From NCBI GenBank assembly GCA_024274695.1, contig JAJSAI010000029.1:1-39602 (forward strand): a stretch of DNA of 39,602 bases, given 5' to 3'. A program made the translations under genes and the position numbers. Under the pieces are notes generated by a model. The model worked only from the letters and a program-made list of their open reading frames with translations. It was not told where the DNA came from and did no database searches. Positions 19,973 to 28,900 of this stretch are shown here, piece after piece. Within the stretch, counting starts at the first letter, position 1; every line of letters begins with the position of its first letter. Origin of the DNA: an archaeon (GTDB lineage: Archaea; B1Sed10-29; JAJSAI01).

Positions 19973-21352
19973 TCACCTTATTCTCCACAACGTGCCGAAC
20001 CGTGTGTCCTTTACGTCCAGTCCCGCGTTCCTGAGGGTGTCCCTGATCTTGTCCGCTTTTTCGTAGTCTCCTGCTTTTCTTGCTTTGTCCCTTTCCACGA
20101 GCAGCCAGCCGACGATGCTTGAAATAACCCTGTCCCTGTCAACGCTTCTGGGCAGGATTCCGAGAATCGTTCCAGCTGTCCAAACGAACTCCTTCAAGGC
20201 TTTTTTGCTCTCCTGGTCCAGGCCTCCCTCGTCTTCGGTGAGACTGTTGGCCTTTTTAAGCGTTTGTATTAGTACTGAGACTGCCTTGGGAGTGTTCAGA
20301 TCGTCGTCCAGCGCTTTTTCAAATTCATTCATCGCGTTCCTTACTTCGTCAACCATCCTCGCGCTCCCTTTTCCTGCTTCCACCAGGATCAGAGAGTCAT
20401 ATATGTAAGACAGTGTTTCCTCCGCTTGCTTGAGCCCTTTTTCTGAATAGTCCATTTCTGACCTGTAGTGCGACATGGCGAAGTACAGTCTCAGGGCTTC
20501 AGGCCGGTGGTTTTCAAGCACGCTTCGGATGGTCACGAAGTTGCCGAGTGACTTGGACATCTTCCTGCCTTCCACCAGCAGGAGACCAGTGTGGACCCAG
20601 TACTTCACCAGCGGTTTTTTGCCAGTGTATGCTTCAGCCTGGGCTATTTCTGCTTCGTGATGCGGGAATGCTAGTTCTATCGCTCCCCCGTGAATATCGT
20701 ACTGGGGACCGAAGTAGGTTACTGTTATTGCGGTGTCCTCAATGTGCCATCCTGGCCTGCCCCTGCCCCAGGGAGAGTCCCATGATATTTCTTCTTCTTT
20801 CCTTTTCCAGAGTGCGAAATCAGCAGGATTCCTCTTTTCTGGGTCAGGTTCTATCCTGTGGACGTTCATTTCCTCTGGTTTTTTTCTCCCGAGCTTTCCG
20901 TAGTCCGGGAACCTGCTCACGTCGTAGTATACATTGCCTGACTTGGTCACGTACGCGTACCCTTTTTTAAGAAGCCCCTCCACCTGCTCTATTATTTCTG
21001 GGATGTGTTCTGATGCCCTTGGAAAAAGGTTTACTGAGTTGATGTTCAAGGCTTTCATGTCCTTCATGAACTCTTTTTCGTATTTCCGGGCGAGGTCAAG
21101 AGGCTTTATTCCTTGCTCTCGGGCCCGTTTTATTATCTTATCATCAACGTCAGTGATATTCATCACGTAGAATACTGTGTGTCCCTTGTGCCTAAGGTAC
21201 TTTGCCAGGGTGTCGTAGTACGAGTACGTCCTAGCATGCCCCACGTGACTGTAGTCGTATACTGTGGGACCGCACACGAACATGTTCACCCTCCCGGGGT
21301 GGATTGGCACGAACTCTTCCTTTTGTCTTGTGAGCGTGTTATACAACCGCAT
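19973..21352 (-). CDS. cysS: Cysteinyl-tRNA synthetase (class I)
   Basis: [13 protein letters not shown] (HIGH), [55 protein letters not shown]. Confidence 0.96.
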   Translation of the reverse strand: MRLYNTLTRQKEEFVPIHPGRVNMFVCGPTVYDYSHVGHARTYSYYDTLAKYLRHKGHTVFYVMNITDVDDKIIKRAREQGIKPLDLARKYEKEFMKDMKALNINSVNLFPRASEHIPEIIEQVEGLLKKGYAYVTKSGNVYYDVSRFPDYGKLGRKKPEEMNVHRIEPDPEKRNPADFALWKRKEEEISWDSPWGRGRPGWHIEDTAITVTYFGPQYDIHGGAIELAFPHHEAEIAQAEAYTGKKPLVKYWVHTGLLLVEGRKMSKSLGNFVTIRSVLENHRPEALRLYFAMSHYRSEMDYSEKGLKQAEETLSYIYDSLILVEAGKGSARMVDEVRNAMNEFEKALDDDLNTPKAVSVLIQTLKKANSLTEDEGGLDQESKKALKEFVWTAGTILGILPRSVDRDRVISSIVGWLLVERDKARKAGDYEKADKIRDTLRNAGLDVKDTRFGTLWRIR

Positions 21353-21384
21353 CCTTGACCAACTCCTTAGCAGCAGACGGGGAA

Positions 21385-21459
21385 TGGAGGAGGGGTCGGG
21401 ATTTGAACCCGAGTAAAACCGCTTTGCAGGCGGTCACATGGCCACTCTGTCACCCCTCC
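21385..21459 (-). tRNA. tRNA-Cys(GCA), A37 isodecoder (CysRS-linked)
   Basis: GGAGGGG TG ACAG AGTGGCCA TGT G ACCGC CT GCA AA GCGGT TTTAC TCGGG TTCAAAT CCCGA CCCCTCC T CCA; anticodon at 21425-21427; A37; U73; CCA encoded. Confidence 0.96.
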
Positions 21460-21668
21460 TGGACGTGGTAGAGGATCTTCCGCATGTCATCAAAGCTCGG
21501 GATGTTTCTGACCTTTCCCTGTGCCTTCAGCTTGCTGAGCGCATACCTCACTGTACGCTCAGAGTAGCTGGTCTTAGAAATTATCTGTGTTGGCGTCAGC
21601 GGGCCTTCCCTGGACAGAAGTAGCAGGATCCTTTCATAGGATCTTTGCTTTGCTACAAAGGCGGTCAC
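21450..21668 (-). CDS. Small winged-HTH transcriptional regulator (MarR/ArsR-like)
   Basis: ILLLLSREGPLTPTQIISKTSYSERTVRYALSKLKAQGKV...DDMRKILY; GTG start; last 10 nt overlap tRNA-Cys. Confidence 0.8.
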   Translation of the reverse strand: MTAFVAKQRSYERILLLLSREGPLTPTQIISKTSYSERTVRYALSKLKAQGKVRNIPSFDDMRKILYHVQEG

Positions 21669-21698
21669 CCATTCAAGCCCACCAGAGTGTAATTATCC

Positions 21699-21714
21699 AC
21701 CACGTGGTTTTTAA
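21699..21714 (-). promoter_or_regulatory. TATA-like element plus abutting perfect palindrome ACCACGTGGT (candidate operator)
   Basis: TTAAAAA (minus, 21714-21708) directly followed by a 10-bp palindrome at 21699-21708, upstream of the wHTH gene. Confidence 0.45.
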
Positions 21715-21748
21715 TTGTTTGGAAACCGGCAAAAAAGTCTTCTGGAGT

Positions 21749-23773
21749 TCATACCGCGCATTTTTTGCAGACTTCCAGGACCTGGTGTTCTTTTGACCCG
21801 TACCTGTACACCGTCACTCCCTTGCACCCGAGCTTGTGCGCGAGTACTATCGCTCTCTCCACATCCTCTGGCGACGCGTTGGCAGGGAGGTTTATCGTTT
21901 TGGACACTGCGTTGTCCACGTGCTTCTGCCACGCTGCCTGCATTCTGACATGCCATTCTGGTTTTATGTCAAGTGCTGTTCTGAACACATTCTGCCATTT
22001 CTTCGGCACTTCTGGAACGCCCTGCACGCTCCCGTACGCTGACAGGTGCTGTAGCAGGTTCTCCGAGTAAAAACCTTCTCTTCTGGCTATCTCCAGGAAG
22101 GTCTTGTTTATTTCTACGAGAGTCTCTCCTTCCAGAACGTGTCTCTCGTAGGCTATTGAGTAAATGGGCTCTATGCTGAACGAGACGCCAGCTATAGTGC
22201 TAATGCTTCCCGTTGGCGCGATGGCGTTCAGGGTTGCGTTCCTCCTCTTCTCGTGAGGGTAGAACACGCTCTTTTTCCAGTTCGGGAACGGCCCTCTCTC
22301 CTCCGCGAGGTCTTCCGACGCGTTCCTGCATTCTTTTGCTATGAACTTCATTATCTTCTCTCCTGTTTCCACTCCCTTCCGACTATCGTACCGTATTCCC
22401 ATCATGATCAGCGCGTCCGCGAACCCCATAACCCCAAGGCCTATTTTCCTGTTCCCGTGCACCGCTTTTCTTATTTGGGGCAGGGGGTACTTTGACCTGT
22501 CTATCACGTTGTCCAGCATGAGCACTGCAGCCCTTACCGTGCGCCCCAGTTTTTCCCAGTTTATTCTCGCACGTCCTGGCTCTCCTTCTAGCATGTTCTT
22601 GAGGTTTACTGACCCGAGGTTGCACGCTTCCCATGGCAGGAGGGGAACTTCCCCGCAGGGGTTGGTTGCTTCTATCACTCCCAGTTCAGGGGTCGGATTG
22701 TCCTTGTTTATCCTGTCCAGGAAGATCACTCCAGGATCCCCTGTTTCCCAGGCCATGAACGAGATCATTTCCAGAACCCGTTTCGCGTTCAGTTTTCTCA
22801 CTTTCCTGCCGTTCCGGGGATTGACCAGGTAGTACTCCCTTCCCTTTTGAGCGGCGCGCATGAACGCGTCCGTGACCGCGACTGAGATGTTAAAGTTCTG
22901 AAGACTCTTCCCATCTTCTTTGGCTGTGATGAAATCCACCACGTCAGGATGGTCTATCCTGAGGACGCCCATGTTCGCGCCCCTGCGCATCCCCCCTTGT
23001 TTTATCACTTCTGTGGCCACGTCAAATATTCTCATGAAGGACACGGGGCCGCTGGCCACTCCCTTGGTTGACCCCACAATGTCACCTCTTGGCCTGAGCC
23101 GGGAAAAGGAGTATCCTGTCCCGCCGCCGGACTGGTGTATCAGCGCTCCCGCCTTCAGCGCGTCAAAAATGCTTTCAAGACTGTCTTCTATGGGCACCAC
23201 GAAGCACGCTGCCAGCTGCTGGAGCCTCCTTCCCGCGTTCATGAGGGTGGGGGAGTTGGGCAGGAAGTCCAGGCTCCTCATCATCTGGTAGAACCGGGCC
23301 TCGTCCTTTTTCCAGTCCCTCCCGTACTTTTTGCTGGCCTTGGCAATGTCCCTTGCAACTCTTCTGAACATCATGTCAGGAGTCTCAACGACCCTGCCGA
23401 GATCATCCTTTTTCAGGTACCGCGCGTGAAGGACCTTTATCGCGTTGTACGAGAGCTTCACATCATCATTTACTCCTAGGACGAGCTTGGCGTGCCTTGC
23501 CTTTTGTCTCTCGTGCCTGTATATTATGTACGCTTTCGCGGTCTCGTAAAGCTTTCTTGACACAAGCTCTTTTTCAACAGCGTCCTGGATTTCTTCCACT
23601 GAGGGAATCCTGTCCCTGAACTTTTCGTCCAGCTTTTTTTCCACCGCGAGGGCAATCTCTCTGGCGTCCGCGTCCGCACCCGTTGCGTCCAAGGCCTTCT
23701 GGACAGCCTGTTCTATTCTGGACAGGTCAAACGGGACTATCCTCCCGTCCCTTTTGCGGACCTTTTTCACCAT
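21749..23773 (-). CDS. nrdJ: Class II (AdoCbl-dependent) ribonucleotide reductase with N-terminal ATP cone
   Basis: VRKRDGRIVPFD ATP cone, PNSPTLMNAG, QLAACFV, GGGTGYSFS, ASGPVSF, RRGANM, ATNPCGE, IAPTGSIS, C-terminal CKKC; no intein. Confidence 0.94.
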   Translation of the reverse strand: MVKKVRKRDGRIVPFDLSRIEQAVQKALDATGADADAREIALAVEKKLDEKFRDRIPSVEEIQDAVEKELVSRKLYETAKAYIIYRHERQKARHAKLVLGVNDDVKLSYNAIKVLHARYLKKDDLGRVVETPDMMFRRVARDIAKASKKYGRDWKKDEARFYQMMRSLDFLPNSPTLMNAGRRLQQLAACFVVPIEDSLESIFDALKAGALIHQSGGGTGYSFSRLRPRGDIVGSTKGVASGPVSFMRIFDVATEVIKQGGMRRGANMGVLRIDHPDVVDFITAKEDGKSLQNFNISVAVTDAFMRAAQKGREYYLVNPRNGRKVRKLNAKRVLEMISFMAWETGDPGVIFLDRINKDNPTPELGVIEATNPCGEVPLLPWEACNLGSVNLKNMLEGEPGRARINWEKLGRTVRAAVLMLDNVIDRSKYPLPQIRKAVHGNRKIGLGVMGFADALIMMGIRYDSRKGVETGEKIMKFIAKECRNASEDLAEERGPFPNWKKSVFYPHEKRRNATLNAIAPTGSISTIAGVSFSIEPIYSIAYERHVLEGETLVEINKTFLEIARREGFYSENLLQHLSAYGSVQGVPEVPKKWQNVFRTALDIKPEWHVRMQAAWQKHVDNAVSKTINLPANASPEDVERAIVLAHKLGCKGVTVYRYGSKEHQVLEVCKKCAV

Positions 23774-24276
23774 TCTATTCCCCTCTTGTCCTTGAGCAGG
23801 GGCACTGGTTTTTTCACGTCTATCACGTACGTGACATAGTCAGAGTAGTTGATTATCTCGGGTGGAGCGTACCTTCCCGTGAGGACGATGTTAGTCTCCC
23901 CCCTCTTGTCAAGCAACCGTATAACTGATTTCGGGCTTACGAGCCTGACGGCCGCGGCAAGATTTATCTCGTCTAGCACGAGCAGGAATGGCTTTTCAGC
24001 AAGCTTTTTTGCCGCGAACCTGAGGCCTTTCCTGGCAAGTTTTTTGTCCTCTTCCGCAGGGCTCTTAAGGTCTACGAACTCCCTTCTCCCGAACTGCCAT
24101 ACTTCTAGGCCGGGCAGGACCCGCTGTGCCTTGTGCTCGCCCACCTCCGGCCTCCCTTTCATGAACTGTACTACCACGACCTTTTTACCGTGCCCGACAG
24201 CCCTGAGCGCGAGCCCGAACGCGGCGGTTGTCTTACCGCTCCCGTCTCCGGTGTAGCAGTAAACCCTTCCAGTCAT
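23767..24276 (-). CDS. cobO: Cob(I)alamin adenosyltransferase (CobO/BtuR)
   Basis: YTGDGSGKTTAAFGLALRAVGHG, VVQFMKG, VLDEI, VLTGRYAP, RGIEW; ATG 24276 preferred; overlaps the nrdJ start. Confidence 0.92.
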   Translation of the reverse strand: MTGRVYCYTGDGSGKTTAAFGLALRAVGHGKKVVVVQFMKGRPEVGEHKAQRVLPGLEVWQFGRREFVDLKSPAEEDKKLARKGLRFAAKKLAEKPFLLVLDEINLAAAVRLVSPKSVIRLLDKRGETNIVLTGRYAPPEIINYSDYVTYVIDVKKPVPLLKDKRGIEW

Positions 24277-24301
24277 GATCCTAAAAAAGAGGGGATTGTT
24301 T

Positions 24302-24571
24302 TTATTCTTTTGCAACCGCCCTCCTGACCTCTTGTATTATCCTGTCAGCGTGTTCTACCGACTCCGCCTCTCTTACCACTATCCTCCCTGTAGAGAAAAG
24401 GGTAACGTCTGCGCCCATCAGCCTGAATCTGGCCATTCCCAGGTCAGGATCCACCCTGACCGCGGAAACTCCCTCTATCCTCTTCACCTCGTCTAGTCCC
24501 TTTATCCCGTTTATCTGGTCCGTTACGTTAACCTTGCTCGGATCCTTGGTGCAGGGGTTTATTATCCTCAT
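24302..24571 (-). CDS. Small protein resembling the N-terminal domain of COG4871-type (Fe-S)-binding proteins
   Basis: NPCTKDPSK...VTLFSTGRIVVREAESVEHADRII; ATG 24571 preceded by GTGAGGAG; family assignment from recalled pattern only. Confidence 0.55.
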   Translation of the reverse strand: MRIINPCTKDPSKVNVTDQINGIKGLDEVKRIEGVSAVRVDPDLGMARFRLMGADVTLFSTGRIVVREAESVEHADRIIQEVRRAVAKE

Positions 24572-24632
24572 TCTCCTCACTCTCAAAGGGCACATCCTTT
24601 GCTTTATATTCACCAACATCCTCTTTTTAACC

Positions 24633-25367
24633 ATGTCGCGGGTTTCAGGCTTTCTGCTGTCATCATGGCTGAAGAAGAGGGCAAGGCGCAAGGCGGTTGC
24701 TGGAGAGAAACTGCTTAGGCTAAGGCAGGAGAGGGACGCGCTGCTTAGGACAGTAAGGGAGCTTGAGAAAAGAGGGATTCAGGTCAAGGTCCCTAAGCTT
24801 AGCAGGGGAGGTTTGACAAAAGGGGCAAGGATCGCGCGTCTTGAGGAGGATATCCGAAAGCTTGAAGAGGCCATAGAAGATGCTGGAAAGAGAGCTGCCG
24901 AAAAAGAAGCTGGTCTGGAGAGGCAGGCTGCAGCAGCTAAAAAGATCGCTGAAGCGTTCACCGAGGCTAAGAAAGAGGAGGCTCTTGCTGACATTGCGTT
25001 TGACTACATAGAGGGGAGGATACCCAAAGAGGAGATAGACAAGATAATGTCACGGCTGAACAAGAGGGACAGGGAAGTCCTCCTCAAGTGGATTGACATT
25101 GCTACCGTGGAAGTGATAGCAAAGAAAATGGCGTACGGTGTAGAAGTATCCGAGGAAGACAAGAGATTCATAGATTCCCTGTCCAAGGAACTCCGAGCCC
25201 ACTTTGAGTTCTCTAAAGAATTCTACTCCTTTATAGACAGGCTCGTGAACGCGGGAGACATTGAAAAACTATCTCCTGAGGACAGGCAGTTGTACGAGTG
25301 GATAAAGCAGGACGCGTACTGGAGCAGGCGGCTCAAAAAAACTCTTGCTGAAAGGGTCGGAGAATAA
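24633..25367 (+). CDS. Hypothetical coiled-coil protein
   Basis: Open frame with charged helical composition; TTTATATT at 24603-24610 supports a leaderless start at ATG 24633. Confidence 0.65.
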   Translation: MSRVSGFLLSSWLKKRARRKAVAGEKLLRLRQERDALLRTVRELEKRGIQVKVPKLSRGGLTKGARIARLEEDIRKLEEAIEDAGKRAAEKEAGLERQAAAAKKIAEAFTEAKKEEALADIAFDYIEGRIPKEEIDKIMSRLNKRDREVLLKWIDIATVEVIAKKMAYGVEVSEEDKRFIDSLSKELRAHFEFSKEFYSFIDRLVNAGDIEKLSPEDRQLYEWIKQDAYWSRRLKKTLAERVGE

Positions 25368-25399
25368 ATTTTAAAAACAACCCTCCTTTATCATCCCGG

Positions 25400-25924
25400 A
25401 TGGCTAAGGAGAGAAAGTATATTGTGCGGAAGGGAAAGAAGAAAATAGAGGTCACGCTGCCCGCGGGACTCACTCTTGACACAAAGAGAGTCATACTAGA
25501 GACAATAAAAAGAATAGACAACGAGGAGTACCTGAAGACTGCTCTTGAGCTTTTGAATGCTGTTGTCTCCGAGATAGCGTACATTATAGGCTTCCTGAAG
25601 GAGGATGGGATGTACTCTCCGGTCATAGAAAAGACAATGAGGGATATCATAGGAGAGAACCTGGAAATCGGGCTAAGGCTTGGGATAAGCTTTGCCGGAT
25701 CTCCTGAACAGATTCTTTCGTTTGTGCAGACCCAGATAGATATTGACAAGGCGCTTGCCAAAGTGCCCGAGGATAAGAGGGGTGTTGCCGCTTACCTCAT
25801 GTACACGCTTAGTCTCGGGAGCCTGTCACTCAAGGTTGGTCTCATAATAGGTTCTCTGATGATCGCGGACCAGAGGGAAAAGTACATAAAAAAGCTTGGG
25901 GAGAAGCCTCCGTATTACCTCTAG
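25400..25924 (+). CDS. Hypothetical protein
   Basis: 174-aa ORF with a TTTTAAAA element about 25 nt upstream; no recognised motif. Confidence 0.65.
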   Translation: MAKERKYIVRKGKKKIEVTLPAGLTLDTKRVILETIKRIDNEEYLKTALELLNAVVSEIAYIIGFLKEDGMYSPVIEKTMRDIIGENLEIGLRLGISFAGSPEQILSFVQTQIDIDKALAKVPEDKRGVAAYLMYTLSLGSLSLKVGLIIGSLMIADQREKYIKKLGEKPPYYL

Positions 25925-25936
25925 GCTTCCTGCTTT

Positions 25937-28900
25937 TCAAGCGGTGGCAAGCTCTTTCAGGTTTACTTCCACAAAAGAAGATTTGTCCTTGCTCATGTGC
26001 ACTCCTATTATTTGGTCCGCGTATCTTGTCACCGCCGAGTTATGGGTGATGATGATAAGCTGTATCTTCTCCGAGAACTTTTTGAACATCCTGGCCACCC
26101 TCTCAGAATTTGGCGCGTCAAGAGCCGCTTCCACCTCATCAAGAACATAGAACGGGGAGGGGTTGTACGCCTGTATCGCGAAAATGAACGCAAGTGCCGT
26201 TATTGTTTTCTCTCCTCCGCTGAGGGCGTCTATGTTCCTCATCTTTACCCCTTTGGGATTGGCCTCTATTATGAGCCCTGATTCTAGTGGGTTGTCTGGA
26301 TTATCCAGTTTCAAGCAGGCTTTTCCCTTGGCTTCTGGGTAGAACTCTGAAAAGTATTTCTCGAAGAAAGTGTTCACAGCGTTGAACGCCTGCATGAACG
26401 CGCTCGCTTTCTTGGTTTCTATTTCTTGCATGAGCTTCAGTATTGCTTCCTTTTCTGTTTCCAGTTTCTTCTTCTTTTCTTTTATCTCGGAGACTTCTTT
26501 GCTTTCTTTATCGTACATTTCTATTGCCTTCAGGTTAACATGCCCTAACTTTTCAAGCTGTGATTCAACAGTCTCCAGGCCCTTGCGGAGTTCTAACTCG
26601 CTTCCCTTGATGAGCTCAGCGTCCTTAAGCCTCTCCCATTCTCTCTCAAGGTCTTTGCGCCTGGTTTCTCTCCGCGCCCTTTCTATTTCAGCCTCTTTTA
26701 TCTCCTCTTTAACCTTCTCAGCGTTCCGGGAGATCCGCTTGATTTTTTCGGACAGCCTCTCCAGCTCCTTTTCAAGTTCGGACTTCTTCTTGAACAACTC
26801 GGTCACGCTGCCGGCCAGTTTTCTGACCTCTTCCTCCGCGTCCTTTATTTGTACGAGTAGCTTATTCCTCTCTTCTTCCTTCTCTTTTTCTCTCGCCCGA
26901 GCGCGCTCCAACTCTTCCTGCAGCTGCCTGATCCTACCGCTTATGCGGGAATGTTCTCTTTTTAGGGCGTGGTCCAGTCTTGTCATGGCCTCTTTCTTGG
27001 AAAGCCTTGTCCTGGCCAGCTCCTCTTCAAGAGAATTTATCTTCTCCCTTATCTCAGCAGCTTTCTTCTGAGACTCGTCTGAGGTTATCCTGTCGATTTC
27101 AGAAACCAGAACTGCCTTTTTGGACAAGAGTTCTTCAAGTTTGGAGGACTTCTCGCGGAGCAGGCTGCTCTTTTCCTGCAGGGCTTTTTCCATGCCTTCT
27201 ATCTCTTTCTTGACAGCATCCCTCTTCCTCAAGATCTTCTCGGTATCTTTTTCAAGGTCTTTTAGCCCTGCTTCCAGCTCGCGGAGCACGGCCTCTGCAG
27301 ACTTCTTTTTCACTTCTGCAGCTGCTTTTTCCTCCCTTATCCTGCTCATCTTTTCCCGAATGTCTCTTAGGCTATTGATTATCTTCTCTTTCTCCTCCTC
27401 CATCCGGGCAAGTTTCTCCCTGAGTCTCTCGAGCTCGAGCGCGTCTCTGGCGCTGGCCTTGCCCTCTGCTCTTGATCCTCCTGAAACTATTCCTGACGGT
27501 TCTGCCAGGTCACCGTCGGGAGTGACCATCCTGACAGTCCCGATCCCGATGCTCTTGAATCCTGACACGCTCTTGACCAGCACAGTGTCCCCGAACACGA
27601 ACTGGAACGCTCTTTCAAGCTCTTTAGGATACCGTACAAAGTCTATGACGAGGCCTTTGCTTTCAGGTGATTTAAGCGCCTTCTGGATTTCCTTAGTCAT
27701 TCTGGGTGGTCGGACCTTGTCCAGCGGGATGAATGTTGCCCTGCCAAGCCCTTTTTCTTTGAGGAACCGGATCGCGTTAACAGCGTCATCCGCTGTTCTT
27801 GTCACGATGTAGAAGAGCCTCTGGCCAGCGGCTGTCTCAATAGCCCGCTCGTACTCTTTAGGGTACTGGCACAGTCCGGCTACTGTTCCCAGAACCCCTG
27901 GGAGTCCCGCGGACACTATCCTTGAGGCTGTGTTAGCAATACCGTAAGTTCTCACTCTGGACTCTAGGACAGTGACCTTCTTGCGGATGGCGTGCATCTG
28001 CTTGTCGAGCTCCATAAGGTTTTTGTTCTCCTCTTTTTCCTCGTCCATGAGCCCTTTCAGTCTGCTGTCAAGAGAACTAAGGGTCCTTGTTACGCCCTCC
28101 AGTTCTTTCCGGGTGGTCTCCCTCTTCTTCTCGAGCTCTTTCTCTTTCGGGCTAAGGTCAGGGGAAAGCTCCTCCTCGAGCAAGGCCTTCTTCAGGTTCA
28201 GTCTCTCCTTCAAGGCCCCTATCCCCTTCTCCAGAGAACTGATTTCTTCCCTTGTCTTGTCCACTTCCTCTTCCAGTTTCCTCATTTCCTCGAACAGTTT
28301 TTCAATGCGTTCTCCTGTCTTCTCCACGCCTAGTTTCTCAAGGTCTTCTTTCAGGAGAGCGATCTCCCGTTCCAGATCGTCCTCTTGGAAAGAGTAATCT
28401 TCTATCTTTTTCTCGAGTCCTGCAAGGTCTTCAGAAACAGACGCGAGCGCCTCCCTCTCGCGCGCAAGTTCCCTCTCAAGCCTTTCTTCAGACTCTCTGA
28501 TAGCCCTGAGCTCGCTTTCTAATCCTCCCAGTCTCTGCTTCAGCGCTTCAAGTTTCCCGGCGGCTTCCTTCTGCCTCCTGCTGCTCTCCTGGAAGATTTC
28601 TGTCTCGCACTCTTTGATCTGCTTCTTGAGTTCTTCTATCCTGGTCTCGGTCTCAAGCCGTTCCCTGGAGTACTTTTCCAGGAGTTTTTTCCGTGACTCA
28701 ATCCGCTCTTCTGCCTTTTTGTAGACCTTGTCCACCTCGTCAAGCTCTTTTTTCACGAGGCTGGCGAGGTAGCTTTTTTTCCGGGCCTGCAAGTAGGAGT
28801 ACTCTTCCGCGGTCTCCTTCTCTTTCTTGAGCTCCCTAAGCCTCTCCTGCCTCTCCGAGAGGATTATCTCCGCTTCCCTTATCTTTTCCTCAACCTTTTC

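Noticed and set aside
16475-21459. Possibility that one tRNA-Cys is a suppressor, tRNA-Sec or tRNA-Pyl for recoding
   Set aside because: Both anticodons are GCA with standard 7/5 stems and short variable loops; no long extra arm, and no gene in the window needs in-frame UGA/UAG readthrough.
21596-21672. Short Cys-containing ORFs in other frames over the wHTH start (MGDRLCSKAKIL*, MKGSCYFCPGKAR*), suggestive of Cys-sensing leader peptides
   Set aside because: They overlap a convincing wHTH frame, have no tandem Cys codons or attenuator hairpins, and ORFs this short are expected by chance.
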